Notes under the pieces: generated by a model | The model's input: only the letters and a program-made list of their open reading frames with translations | The model's database searches: none | Told to the model about the DNA's origin: nothing | Made by a program: the position numbers and the translations under genes | Assembly (NCBI GenBank): GCA_977017645.1 | Contig: OZ360245.1 | Coordinates: 37,944,001-38,008,000, forward strand | Origin: Torpedo marmorata | Taxonomy: Eukaryota | DNA: 64,000 nucleotides | Reading direction: 5' to 3' | Shown: positions 1 through 10,865 of the stretch, one piece after another | Numbering within the stretch: the first letter of the stretch is position 1 | Layout: each line of letters begins with the position of its first letter

Positions 1-77
1 TAATTATGAAATCAAAATGCTGCTGAAATAAACACAGGCAATGCCTTCAAAATGAGAGGTCATAAGCCTTTCAGAAA

Positions 78-340
78 GGGTGGCACTGTTAGCGTAGTTG
101 TTAGCTCAACGCTGTTATGGCGCCAGCAACCAGGGTTCGAATCTCGCGCTGTCTGTAAGGAGTTTGCACGTTCTCTCCATGTCTGCGTGGGTTTCCTCCG
201 GGTGCTCCGGTTTCCTCCCACCCTTCAAAACTTATGGGGGTTGTAAGTTAGTCAATTGGGTGTATTTGGGCGGCACGGACTCATGAGCCGAAAGGGCCTG
301 TTACTGTGCTGTATGTCTAAATTTAAAATTTTAATTTAAA
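78..340 (+). mobile_element. tRNA-derived V-SINE (HE1-like)
   Basis: Pol III A/B-box-like head (tagcgtagttg...ggttcgaatc), V-domain core gtctgcgtgggtttcctccgggtgctccggtttcctccc, (taaatt)n tail. Homologous copies at 16150, 45175 and 59603. Confidence 0.85.
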
Positions 341-487
341 TGTTAATTTTGTTTCTCTCTTCGCATGTATTTATTGACACGCTGACTATTTAGATAATTT
401 TCTCTCATTATTTGAGACAGATGCATGGTATAGGTAAATGCATGGAACATTTGATCATGTGCATCATTTTGTGGTTGTGCAGTATTA

Positions 488-888
488 TATGATTTTTACA
501 CAGACTTCGCGGGATTTTACCGTTATGAAGAGTCTCCAATGTCCCGGCATTGGTCGTTCACACAGGAACGACCAAAATTGCAAATCTCCGTTTCAGTCCG
601 CGATTTTAGACGGTATGTAAAGAGGCGGGACGTGCAATGCCATTGCGTCGATGTTGACTGCGATGTATAACATGCGTGGGATGTAGAGCGCCACTGCGTT
701 GACGTCGACTGGTCACCTTCATCAACGTCGTATTCATTAGCCAGTTGGTCCCGGAATGCCTGCAGTGCAGTTTACACTGCAGGCGTTCCGGGAAAATGAC
801 AAGGGATCTAGGAGGAAAAAAGTCAGAACTGGAATGGCATCCACATGGGAATAATTTCCCAGAACGCAGCGGCTGTGTAAAAAACATA
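488..888 (-). mobile_element. PIF/Harbinger-type MITE, family A copy 1
   Basis: TIRs tatgatttttacacag / ctgtgtaaaaaacata and a 3-bp TSD TTA on both sides. Internal sequence is a reverse-complement homologue of 16802-17165 and 50026-50368. Confidence 0.8.
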
Positions 889-3809
889 TTAGATGAACCT
901 TGAATAAACCAGAAACATCTTCCAGAGCTTTGTGTTTCCCACGGATTACTCTGCACACTCTGCATGTTACTCTGCAGGAGACTGGGGACCCACAGGGACC
1001 TATATGTTACAAAATGTGCAGATGTTTTGTGATAAATTTGTGTCTGCGACTCCTGCGCAAAGTTAATACTTAGGGCTGTAATATTCTCAAAGTCCATGAT
1101 CTTAAATTACATGCACATTTCAACCACTATGAAAAGAAGTCACATGGAGCTGTTACATCAAACTGGTATCAAATAGCTTGATACTATTGTATTGGAAGCA
1201 GGCCAACCCCTTTCACTTGTGGCAAAACAAGACCCAGCTGTTTGATGCATTAGCTTTGGTCTCAGGGTAAAACTGAATTTCTTTGTTTTATTAAACCGAG
1301 ATTTTAGGAATCAATGACATTAACCTGGATATGACTATTGTTTCACCTTAATAGACTTGTAAGACAAGTCAATCATGATGCAGCATTTTTGTTTAGATGC
1401 AAAGATCTTGCTGTAAAGTATTTGAGAGCACACAAAAATTATTAACCAGAAAATTCTCAGCATATTCAATTACTTGTATTGCCATCGATCACAAATGTGT
1501 GACGTTTTGCACTGTTGGGGTTGCAAACGACAGTGAAATGGTCTGGTGATAAGGTGGGGGATCTGAATTTATGTTGCTACTTAGAGCGGAGAAAATGTAA
1601 CTTCCGCATGTAAATGTTTCAGGATGAAAATGGTGGTGAATAATGCCACAAAGTGACAGCTGTTAGACAAGGCATGGTGAGGCCTGAATGCTTTCTCGCT
1701 GATAATTTAGCGCTGCTGTATAATTCCATCTTTTCTCTCCTGGATGGAGATCCACAGGCAGATGGTAAGAGCTGAAAGCTCTCTGTAGTATAATCTCAGC
1801 AGCACGCAGAATGCACTTCCGAGAAGTTGGGCCTCCACGGACGTTTGATGACAACTTAATGGGCATCGTTCACATTTGCTCGTTTCAATTTTGCATTATA
1901 TAAAAGCAGTTTAAAACGCCAGTTGTGGTGCTGTAAAATGTTCGCTTTAGTGTTTATCTTTCTTGTTATCAAAAACCAATGCTGAATAATGAAGCTGAAG
2001 CTTTGCCCTTTGGTAGAATGATAGCTCATTACCCAAGAGCTGCCTCCATCTGCACTCATGGGTGCTTTGGGAGCCATTATGATTATGGTGGAAATCTCAG
2101 AAGCCATTATCAAGAGGAGACAGAGGGCTTACTGTAGACTGTCTAATGGGCTAATTTGTAATTGGGAGAGGGAAATAAGTTACTAGCTATAGCTTTATTT
2201 GATGGAGTGTGGCAGAGCGCATGCTAAATGTGATAAATGAGCAGGAAGGCTTGTTTGCACAATGGGTTTTACAAAACCTCTTTTCTCCTGAGCATTGGCA
2301 ACATGCTGACTGGTTTTGCAATTCGAGGGAAGGGAAACTAGGGAGTAGGTTAAGGTGCAAGAAGTGTTGTTAAATGGCAAAATGGTGAAGGAAGCTCATG
2401 GCAAGGAAGCGCCCTCCAGACTGTCTACTTTGCACGCAATTATGGAGCTGATTTTTGACACAAACATACATAAATGTGAATTTGAAATAATTATCTAATT
2501 TTGTGTTTTTTCCATTAGAGGAGGTTTCTGCTCATTAAAACTTGGGTTGAACTCGCAAATATATTTTAATGCATGTTAATATTAATATTTCAATATTATG
2601 TGATTGCCTGAAAGTTAAATTGAGGACACTTTGAGTAACCAGGAAGGTATCACTGTCGTTGTTTGAATTAGAGCTTGTTAATGGACTATATATCATGCAT
2701 TCGTGTTCTGGGAGAGGGATTTTTCTCCTGGCTATATTTTAATGTAAATCTTTTCAGTGCATGGTATTTTGTAGGTATGAGGAAAGCAAATGCCTTGGAC
2801 ATTTTTGTGCACATGCAGATGCTTGCTAAAATGGCATCACTTCTGTGCAAGGGAGCAGTTTCCTCGTATGCTTAATGTGCATCGTTGAGCACATAACCAT
2901 TTAGAAGACTGGCATTCTCAGTGGTTGTGCTGAGTGACCATGTGTTATTGCATACAAATATAAGAAGAAGAAAAAGCAAGAATAAACTATTTGAGCCTCC
3001 CGTGCCTGCACTGACATTTGATACGATCATGGCCTCTGCACCACTCCCCTGCACCAACACTGCATCCCTTGTGTTCCTGAACATCTAAATGTCTATGGAT
3101 CACAGTTTTGAATATTCTCAACTTGGAGAGATAGTTTAAATTCTGGGTGTAGGAATTATTCCTCAACAATGTACTGGCCGGCCAACCCCTTTTTGTGGGA
3201 CTGGTTCTAGACACCCCAGCCAGGGAAAACATCACCTCCTCATCTCCTCTAGGAATACATGTGAATAAAATTACCTCTAATTCTTTGAACTCTAGAGCCT
3301 GTTTAATATTTAAGGTATTTTCAAGATCATGAAAGAAACATGGAAAGCATCATCCCATATCACAGTCAGAGCTCTTAGAGTAATGTTACTGAATGAGAAC
3401 TTCTTGATGAATCATTGGGGTGAATTTGGGCAAGTTTTTGCTTGGAGATAGGAATGATCACAGACTTGCAATCAGAAAAGCATCCTTCCACCATTCCCCC
3501 CTCCTCCCATAGGCATGCCAATTTTGGATCCAATTTGCCATCTTACCTTCTATTGCATGAAATGCAGATTTCAGTGATGGGCTTCTCAACAGAGGCTCAG
3601 ATAACTTGTGTTCCAGAAGGCGTTCTTCCTTCTACTTTGGCCTGCTCTTGCAATTGACAACTTCATAGTTTCTGAAGCTTGTAAGTGTGCTTAAATGTTG
3701 CAACAGCAATGCCGAACGTGTTGAATGCTGATTGATATCACTTGCAGAGATGACTTTATTACAATTTCCCTTGTGCTCTATCTGCTCATGTAAAGTACCA
3801 ATGACGTTT

Positions 3810-4200
3810 ACAGAAACAGATAATGCTGGAAACACTCAGCAGGTTAGGCAGCATTTGTGGAAATAAAATATCATTAATATCTCAGGTCCTAGACCCTCCT
3901 GTGGAAGGTGAAGAATGCTAGATCACTAGCTATCCAGGTGGGATAATACCTGTGCCTCACTTATTATGGTTTGTTTTCTCTGAATACCTAACAAACCATT
4001 GAATTGAAATGTTGTGTAGTTTAGTGGGGAAGGGCACAGAATGGTTTGATCTCTGGTCAATGGTGAGTTCGAATATAAAATCCATTTCCATCTCATTCTC
4101 ACACTCACCTCCATCAGACTTGAAATGTTTCTCTTTCCACAGATGCTGACATTTCCAGCATATTATTTTTTTTATTTCAAATTTACAGGATCAGCTATTT
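3810..4200. mobile_element. Old Penelope pLTR fragments in inverted orientation flanking a ~215-bp duplicated segment
   Basis: Reverse arm atgctggaaacactcagcaggttaggcagcat and forward arm ttgaaatgtttctctttccacagatgctg...ttccagca. The interior matches 12356-12565. Confidence 0.6.
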
Positions 4201-5379
4201 TCTTTTTTTAGATTTTCCATCACATTTACCTATACTTTTTCGGCTACAAATCTTCCACATCATGCAGAACGTGCACTGGACAATATAATTTCTGGCCTGC
4301 AATCTTTAGAAACAGCCCTTTCCTCCTTTTAAGAGGTCTTTGCATCCTACCCACCATCTTCCTCAAACTGTTCTCCTGAGATTCAGCAAGTCGCCTTGTA
4401 AACCCATTTATTGCCAGCTTCAATGGGAAAGCCAGAGAGAGCCTTGGAGAATGCAGTCGAAGACCACAGTTCTTTTGAAATGTATTACAATGGTGCCTCT
4501 GGATTCTCTGGGATTTGACTTCAGAGTCTGCAACAAAACTAAGAGAGTTCTGCCTATATAACATAAAGTGCTGTTTTTACTTTTGGCCATAAGGATACCT
4601 CATATGGGGATAATAGACCGGTTCACTCTCAGAAAATGGTCCCATTTATTTTGATCCACATGACTCCAGAATAAAGATGTTTTGTCTGGTCAAATATCCA
4701 AGGGAGGACTAAACTATTCAATTCAAATACAAGTATCTTTTGGATTTTATTTGTATTGATGTTTGATCTGAAGCTCTTTTTGAGCCTAGATTTCCTTTGT
4801 CCCAGACTAATTTTGAGGTAATTTCCCAGCCTGTCTGCTGAGTTGCCCACTGAAAGTCACTGGAGATAGAAAAGCCTGAGAGACTCAATAGACTGTTAGC
4901 AACACCACACAAAGGTTAATAGTCAAGGGCTTTGAGTCTGCGCCAGTTTATGTTGCTTATTAGCACAGCATATGTAACCATTAATTATTTTTTATCTTCT
5001 GTGAAGGGATAGTTAGACATATAACTGCCGTAAATCTATGGTATGGTGTTGCTTCTGCTCAATTATCCATTTACTGTTTAATAAATCAGCTTGGCAGTTT
5101 ATTGTTGAGGCACACTTCAGTGATGTGATATTCTACTGAGTAAGAACTTTCTGTTCTGGGATCGCTCTGTATTCCCATGATATTTGGGTCGATAAATGTC
5201 GGGTCATTCATAACCTCATGAGTGGCCTGCAGGATTAAAATCAAAAAATTCTTTTAGGGTGACACAAAATACCTGTGACAAACTGACCACTGCACCAGCA
5301 CTATCTTCCTGAACCATGATGTCAGTCCCGTGTGTCCTCATACCATTGCAGGATTGATGTTTGCACTGCTGCCAAGTTT

Positions 5380-6110
5380 TAATCATAAGAATATTAGGTG
5401 TGGAATTAGGCCATTCAGCCCATCAAGTTTTCCCCACCATTCCATCATGGCTGCTTTACTGTCCTTTTCAACCCCATTCTCCTGCCTTCTCCCTTTAATC
5501 TTTGATTCCCTTCCTAATCAACCTCCGTCTTAAATATACCCAATGACTTGGGCTCCGCAGCCATCCACGGCATTGAATTCCACAAAGCCGCCACCATCTT
5601 GGTAAAGAAATTCCTCCTCATCACTGTTCTCGAGGGAGGTTTTTGCACTCGGAGGCAGTGCCCTCGGGTCCCAGACTCGCCCACCAGAGGAAACATCCTC
5701 TCCACCTGCATCCTATCCAGGCCTCTCAGTATTTGATTTGTTTCAATGAGACCACACACCCCCCCCCCCACTCATTCATCTACGCTCCAGTGAGTCAAGT
5801 TCAAGAGCCATCAAAAACACTTCATATAACACTTTCATCCCCAGGATCATTCTTGTGAACCTCCTCTGGACACTCTCCAACACCAGCACATCCTTCCTTA
5901 GATAAGGAGCTCAAAACTGCTCACAATACTCCAAGTGTGGTCTGACCAATGCCTTATAAAGACTCAACATTACATCTCTGTTTTTATATGCTATCCTTCT
6001 CGAAATGTGTGCTAGCTTTGCTTTTGTCTTCCTTACCACCAACTCTACATGCAAGTTAACCTTTAGAGAATCTTGCACAAAGTCTCCCTCTGCACATCCG
6101 ATTTCTGTAT
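5380..6110 (-). mobile_element. CR1 LINE 3' fragment
   Basis: Minus-strand peptides LYKALVRPHLEYCEQF and RMFPLVGESGTRGH...RRNFF are typical of the CR1 ORF2 C-terminus. Frameshifted. Confidence 0.85.
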
Positions 6111-6724
6111 CAGAGCAGAAAATGTCTTCAAAATCCACGAAGTTAGCGAGAGACCGGCATAGTTCACTGCCTTGCCAATGCTGGATGACAGCAGGTCGAC
6201 TGAGCAATGGTAATATTGAGCTTTGCAAGCCACGAATGACGTGGCACGATGCATCAAAGAGTTCAGGGTAATCAGATGGGTGAAGATCAATATAAATGCA
6301 GCTTTGACCTTTCCTGGAAACTTACTGCACAACTCTGTTGACCTTTGGTGACGAAACTTATATTTCACTTTGAGTACTTCTAATTTAATTTTTGAGCTGT
6401 ATACCTAGTTTTAAAATCTTCATTGTTCTGGAAAAAAAATTGACATCATCAATTTTGTCAATCCTCCCTTCCTCTTCAAAGTTTCTGTGTTGCTGCAAAG
6501 CCTCTTTTTCAAACAAACCAAACTTTCTTCACCTCACTTTATGACTCAGTGTTCGTGTACTGACAGTATCTTTGTTGCTCATCATTATCCTTTGAAGGGC
6601 AATAATATCTATTTTGTGTTTCACTATTATAAATATACAATATAAATGAGTTAAATTAGACATGTATGTTGTACCCTCGATTGGCTCTGTCAAGATATGA
6701 ATTCTTCTCATTACTAGATCGACA

Positions 6725-6846
6725 TGGAGTTAAGTACGAATGAGATTGGTTAAGGCTCAGGAGCAAGTTTTTAACATGAAACACAGCTGCACTATATATA
6801 TATAACTTGCTCCTGAGCCTTAACCAATCTCATTTGTACTTAACTC

Positions 6847-6848
<2 letters not shown>
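6725..6848. repeat. 45-bp inverted repeat around a (TA)n-containing loop, followed by a (CA)n(TA)n microsatellite to ~6915
   Basis: 6725-6769 is the reverse complement of 6804-6848 with one mismatch. Confidence 0.9.
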
Positions 6849-6915
<67 letters not shown>

Positions 6916-7013
6916 GAGTTTAGGTAAGGTTGATCTTCACTATAAAATAGTGCTCAACACGTAATGTGGAGCTAAATAAATAAGTAAACAGAAAAGCACA
7001 CTACTCACATGTG

Positions 7014-7054
7014 CCCGACAAGCTTGTTTCGTGGATCTTTCCACTCTTCAGGGG
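7014..7054 (-). ncRNA. Type I hammerhead ribozyme, mirror copy
   Basis: Exact reverse complement of 7173-7213. Confidence 0.8.
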
Positions 7055-7172
7055 TAGTTGCTGTAAGGGATACCTCGGTTATATAGTAAGGGGTCTGGTA
7101 TGTGAGTCAAATTAGGTGTTAACACCTACCAGACCCCTTACTATATAACCGAGGTATCCCTTACAGCAACTA

Positions 7173-7213
7173 CCCCTGAAGAGTGGAAAGATCCACGAAA
7201 CAAGCTTGTCGGG
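7173..7213 (+). ncRNA. Type I hammerhead ribozyme (minimal)
   Basis: ccc-CTGAAGA-gtgga(aaga)tccac-GAAAC-aagctt-GTC-ggg. All core nucleotides present, perfect 5-bp stem II, palindromic stem III ACAAGCTTGT, 3-bp stem I, GUC cleavage triplet. Confidence 0.85.
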
Positions 7214-7248
7214 CACATGTGAGTAGTGTGCTTTTCTGTTTACTTATT

Positions 7249-7283
<35 letters not shown>

Positions 7284-7489
7284 GTACGTTTCTTCATATT
7301 CGAAAAGCTTGGGCAGTTTTCGGTTATTGGGTTTTTTCGGTTAACGGAACAATGGCTTTAAGCAGCTCAGTAGCATCAGCAGAATACTTGGATCAGCGGT
7401 TAAACAACAACAAAAAACAACGGCAGGCTTTTCGAACATGAAATAATGTTTAATACGTAACAAAAAACAATTTAATGCCGTGTCTTTTC

Positions 7490-9720
7490 TTTCTAAATAT
7501 TTTTTTTAAATTTTACATAAGTAAACAGATATATAAATTAAATTTGTAAAATACACAACAGAGATGTCAAATATAAAGAAATCAACAGAATTATCTAATT
7601 TATAAAGTATATCTATAAAGTAACAAAACATCTTACAATTTTATCCTCATCTCTTGAGCCCATTACCAAGTCGAAGTTCTATAATTAAAGTATGCCTTAT
7701 ACCTGGAGTAATATAATAAAGTGTTGGAAGACAGGTTTTATAATAAAACTAGAGGTTCTGAAAGTAGCCTAGGAAAGTTCCCCATAGATTTTGAAACCTT
7801 GTGTCTAAGTTACTACATAATATCCCTCAACCACTGAGCATGAGTGGGCGGGGCAGCATCCCTCCATCTTAGTAATATCGCACGTCTGGCCAAAAGAGAG
7901 GCAAAAGATGGAACCCAAGATTTAATTGGGGTCAAACAGACATCATCCTCTCCAGTGATACCAAAGAGGACAACCAGAGGGTTAGGTTCAAGGTTTAAAT
8001 TAAGGATTAAGGATAAGGATTGGAAAACATCCCTCCAGTATTTTTCAAGGCTAGGGCACGTCCAAAACGTATGAATAAGAGAGGCCTCATCTCTCTTACA
8101 TTTATCGCAACAAGAATTTACATCTGGATAAATATGAGATAATTTAGCTTTGGACATATGAGCCCTATGCACAACTTTAAACTGCAGCAAACAATGACAG
8201 GCACAAAGGGATGTGGAATTAACCAATTTAAGGATTAAATCCCAAACCTCATCCGACAATGGAGAGACCGGTCGTAGATTGGGAGATCGCTTTGCTGAGC
8301 ACCTCCTCTCCGTCCGCAACAACAGCGACCTCCCAGTAGCCAGCCATTTCAATTCCGAGTCACACTCCCACACTCACATGTCTGTCCATGGCCTTATGTA
8401 CTATCCCACCCAGACTACCCGCAAATTGGAGGAACAACATCTCATTTTCCGTCTGGGCACTCTCCAGCCAGATGACTTTTCTGCTTTCCACTAAACCTGC
8501 TTGTCTTTTCCTTCCCCTCCCCCCTCACCTGTCCTTCCTGTTTTTTTTCCACCCACCCAGCCATCCCTCCTCCCCCTCTTTGCTGCTGTTCCCTCTCTCC
8601 TTTCTCCACCTATCATCTCCTGCCTTCCCCCCTCACTCTTTTGTTCGGACGCCTGCCGACATTTTCTCATACTTTGATGAAGGGCTCAAGCACGAAACGT
8701 CGGTTATGTATTTCTACCTTTGCTACATAAAATACACTGTTTGACCTGCTGAGTTTCTCCAGCATTTGTGTTTTTTACTTCAACCACGGTGTCTACAGAT
8801 TTTCGTGTTTTACTAATGAAAGGCTTAAAACCTGTTCCCAAGCAGATTTAATTTTATAAAGAGGGGCAGATCTTAAACCTGTCTGCTTATCATAAATAAC
8901 AGATATTGAACCTTTAAGAGTGGGTTGTAAATTAAAAAACACATCAACAATGTTCGTATCAGGTACACCAGGAAAGTTAGGTATCTGAGAGTGGAGAAAA
9001 TGTCTGATTTGCAAGTATCTAAAAAAATGGGTATTAGGTAGATTGAACTTTTCAGAAAGTTGTTCAAATGATGCAAAGCAATTATCAATGAAAAGATCTT
9101 TAAAACACTTAATACCCAGTCTATACCATTCTTGAAATGCAGAGTCGTGCAAGGAAGGTTGGAAAAAATGATTGGATAGAATAGGGCTTGAAAGAGAAAA
9201 ACCATAAAATCCAAAATGTTTTCTGAACTGGGCTCATATCCTTACAGTGTGCCTAACAACTGGATTATCAATAGATTTATCTAAAGATAAAAAAGTGAGG
9301 ATCTAAGAAAAGCTGGAATGGAGAGATTTTTAACTGTACACAACTCCATTGCTGCCCATAATGGACAGTCAAGTCGTTTATGAAAGTGTGTCCAAAACGT
9401 AATGTTGCGTATATTAGCCACCCAGTAATAAAATCGGAAATTAGGCAGCACCATACCTTAATTTCTTTTAGATTTCTGAAGGTGAACTTTACTTAATCGA
9501 GGTCGCTTACTCTTCCATTATAGAGTCTAATGAGTCAAAAAAAGATTTAGGAATAAAAGTTGGTGTAGTCTGAAAAAGATATAAAAATTTAGGCAAAATA
9601 TTCATTTTGACAGAGTTAATGCGGCCTACCAAAGATGTGGACAAGGGTGACCACTGCGTTAAACGCTGTTTCACGTGTTTTAACAGGGTAAGGACATTTT
9701 CTTTAAAAAGACACATGTTT
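7490..9720 (-). mobile_element. L1-clade LINE, 5'-truncated ORF2 3' portion (interrupted by Penelope at ~8255-8813)
   Basis: Peptides SLVGRINSVKMNILPKFLYLFQ, LQFKVVHRAH, CDKCKRDEASLIHTFWTCPSL (C-terminal zinc knuckle). T-rich end near 7490. Confidence 0.85.
8255..8813 (+). mobile_element. Penelope-like element 3' end (GIY-YIG tail, pLTR, 3' tail)
   Basis: GETGRRLGDRFAEH...RKLEEQHLIFRLGTLQP; near-identical to 39225-39791; ends with tcaaccacggtgtctacagattttcgtgttttact. Confidence 0.9.
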
Positions 9721-9877
9721 TCTTGTAACTGTCTTTTCTTAAATTTACTCAACCAGCCTGTTGAATATTCACAGTTCCCTTCAATTTTGATGCAACTATA
9801 TCTTTGTTCAGTACACGAGAGCTCCATTGTTATCAAAATGGTGCCAACAGATCATTTTGGTTAACGGAACTTCGGAT

Positions 9878-10048
9878 NNNNNNNNNNNNNNNNNNNNNNN
9901 NNNNNNNNNNNNNNNNNNNNNNNNNNNNNNNNNNNNNNNNNNNNNNNNNNNNNNNNNNNNNNNNNNNNNNNNNNNNNNNNNNNNNNNNNNNNNNNNNNNN
10001 NNNNNNNNNNNNNNNNNNNNNNNNNNNNNNNNNNNNNNNNNNNNNNNA
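9878..10048. other. Assembly gap
   Basis: Run of N. Confidence 1.
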
Positions 10049-10865
10049 CCATGTAGAAATTACAGCATTTTTTACACATAGTCCCCTCATTTCAGGGCAC
10101 CATAATGTTTAGGATATTTGGCTATTGGACCAATAGCCTGAATACGACTGGGATTGTCCGATCTCGGAAGCTAAGCAGGCGCAGGACTGGTCAGTACTTG
10201 GAGGAGAGACCGCCAAGGAACACCAGGTGCTGTAGGTTTCTGTGAGGGGCGCTGGACAAAGTAGCGACTCTCTGTATGCCTTACGGTAGACAAAAATGAA
10301 AGAATTTCATGTATGTTACATTCTAAATGTAGTATTACGTGACAATAATGGAACCTTTATCGTCATTGATGTTTGTAAGTACTCAGGTATGTTTAATTGC
10401 TTGATTGGTGCAGGCATAAGAGAACTAGGCTTGCTTCTAAGCATTTGATAATCTTTGGAGTCTGTAGTTGCTATTTTTCAACATGAGGACCAGAGTTGTG
10501 CCAATGAAAGTTAAAGAAGCCATTATGAGGCTGAAGAACAAGAGTAAAACAGTTAGAGACATCACCCAAACTTTAGGATCACCAAAATCAACAGTTAAAG
10601 CAATTAAACATACCTGAGTACTCACAAACACCTGTGAAGCCAAATGTCCCAAACATTATGATGCCCTGAAATGAGGGGACTATGTAAAAAAAGTGCTATA
10701 ATTTCTACATGGTCAAATCAAAATGTATACAAATAACCTTGAATAAAATCTGGAACGTGCACTTTAATCAAATGTGAATTGTTTGATTACAAATTTAAAA
10801 CTGAGGAGCACAGGGGAAAATAAATGAAAAAAGTGTCTTTGTCGCAAACATCATGGAGAGCATTG
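10049..10865 (+). mobile_element. Tc1-like non-autonomous element with long TIRs (left end in gap)
   Basis: 10049-10110 is the reverse complement of ~10651-10713. Internal remnant MRTRVVPMKVKEAIMRLKNKSKTVRDITQTLG resembles a Tc1 transposase N-terminal HTH. Confidence 0.7.
10120..10360 (+). mobile_element. 5S rRNA-derived SINE (SINE3-like) or 5S pseudogene with LINE-type tail
   Basis: 10120-10238 resembles 5S rRNA (gatctcggaagctaagcagg...tggtcagtacttgga...gagaccgcc..ggaacaccaggtgctgtaggttt), followed by a ~120-bp body ending gtgacaataatggaaccttt. Confidence 0.75.

Larger units (their letters stand above)
6916..7251. mobile_element. Microsatellite-embedded Penelope-like pLTR pair in inverted orientation (perfect 125-bp palindrome plus ~60-nt tail)
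   Basis: 6976-7100 is the exact reverse complement of 7127-7251. (TA)n flanks both sides. Only the minus copy continues into a tail (6975-6916). Contains a hammerhead core. Confidence 0.7.
7282..9877. mobile_element. Tigger/pogo-like DNA transposon remnant hosting nested L1 and Penelope insertions; right end runs into an assembly gap
   Basis: Left TIR cagtacgtttc..atattcgaaa and right subterminal ggttaacggaacttcggat match the ends of 44061-44816. Minus-strand peptide EGNCEYSTGWLSKFKKR (~9730-9790) resembles the CENP-B-type HTH of pogo transposases. Confidence 0.7.

Noticed and set aside
78-160. tRNA genes at SINE heads
   Set aside because: No complete cloverleaf; heads continue into V-SINE bodies.
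606-1097. 163-aa minus-strand ORF
   Set aside because: Spans a MITE and its flank; no recognisable domain.
7813-8373. 186-aa ORF as a novel fusion protein
   Set aside because: Chance read-through from antisense Penelope into an L1 ORF2 fragment.
9507-9836. Transposase-L1 fusion ORF
   Set aside because: Junction of nested, degraded elements; too short and lacks catalytic domains.
10120-10238. Functional 5S rRNA gene
   Set aside because: Many substitutions in the 5' half, solitary, continues into a SINE-like body.
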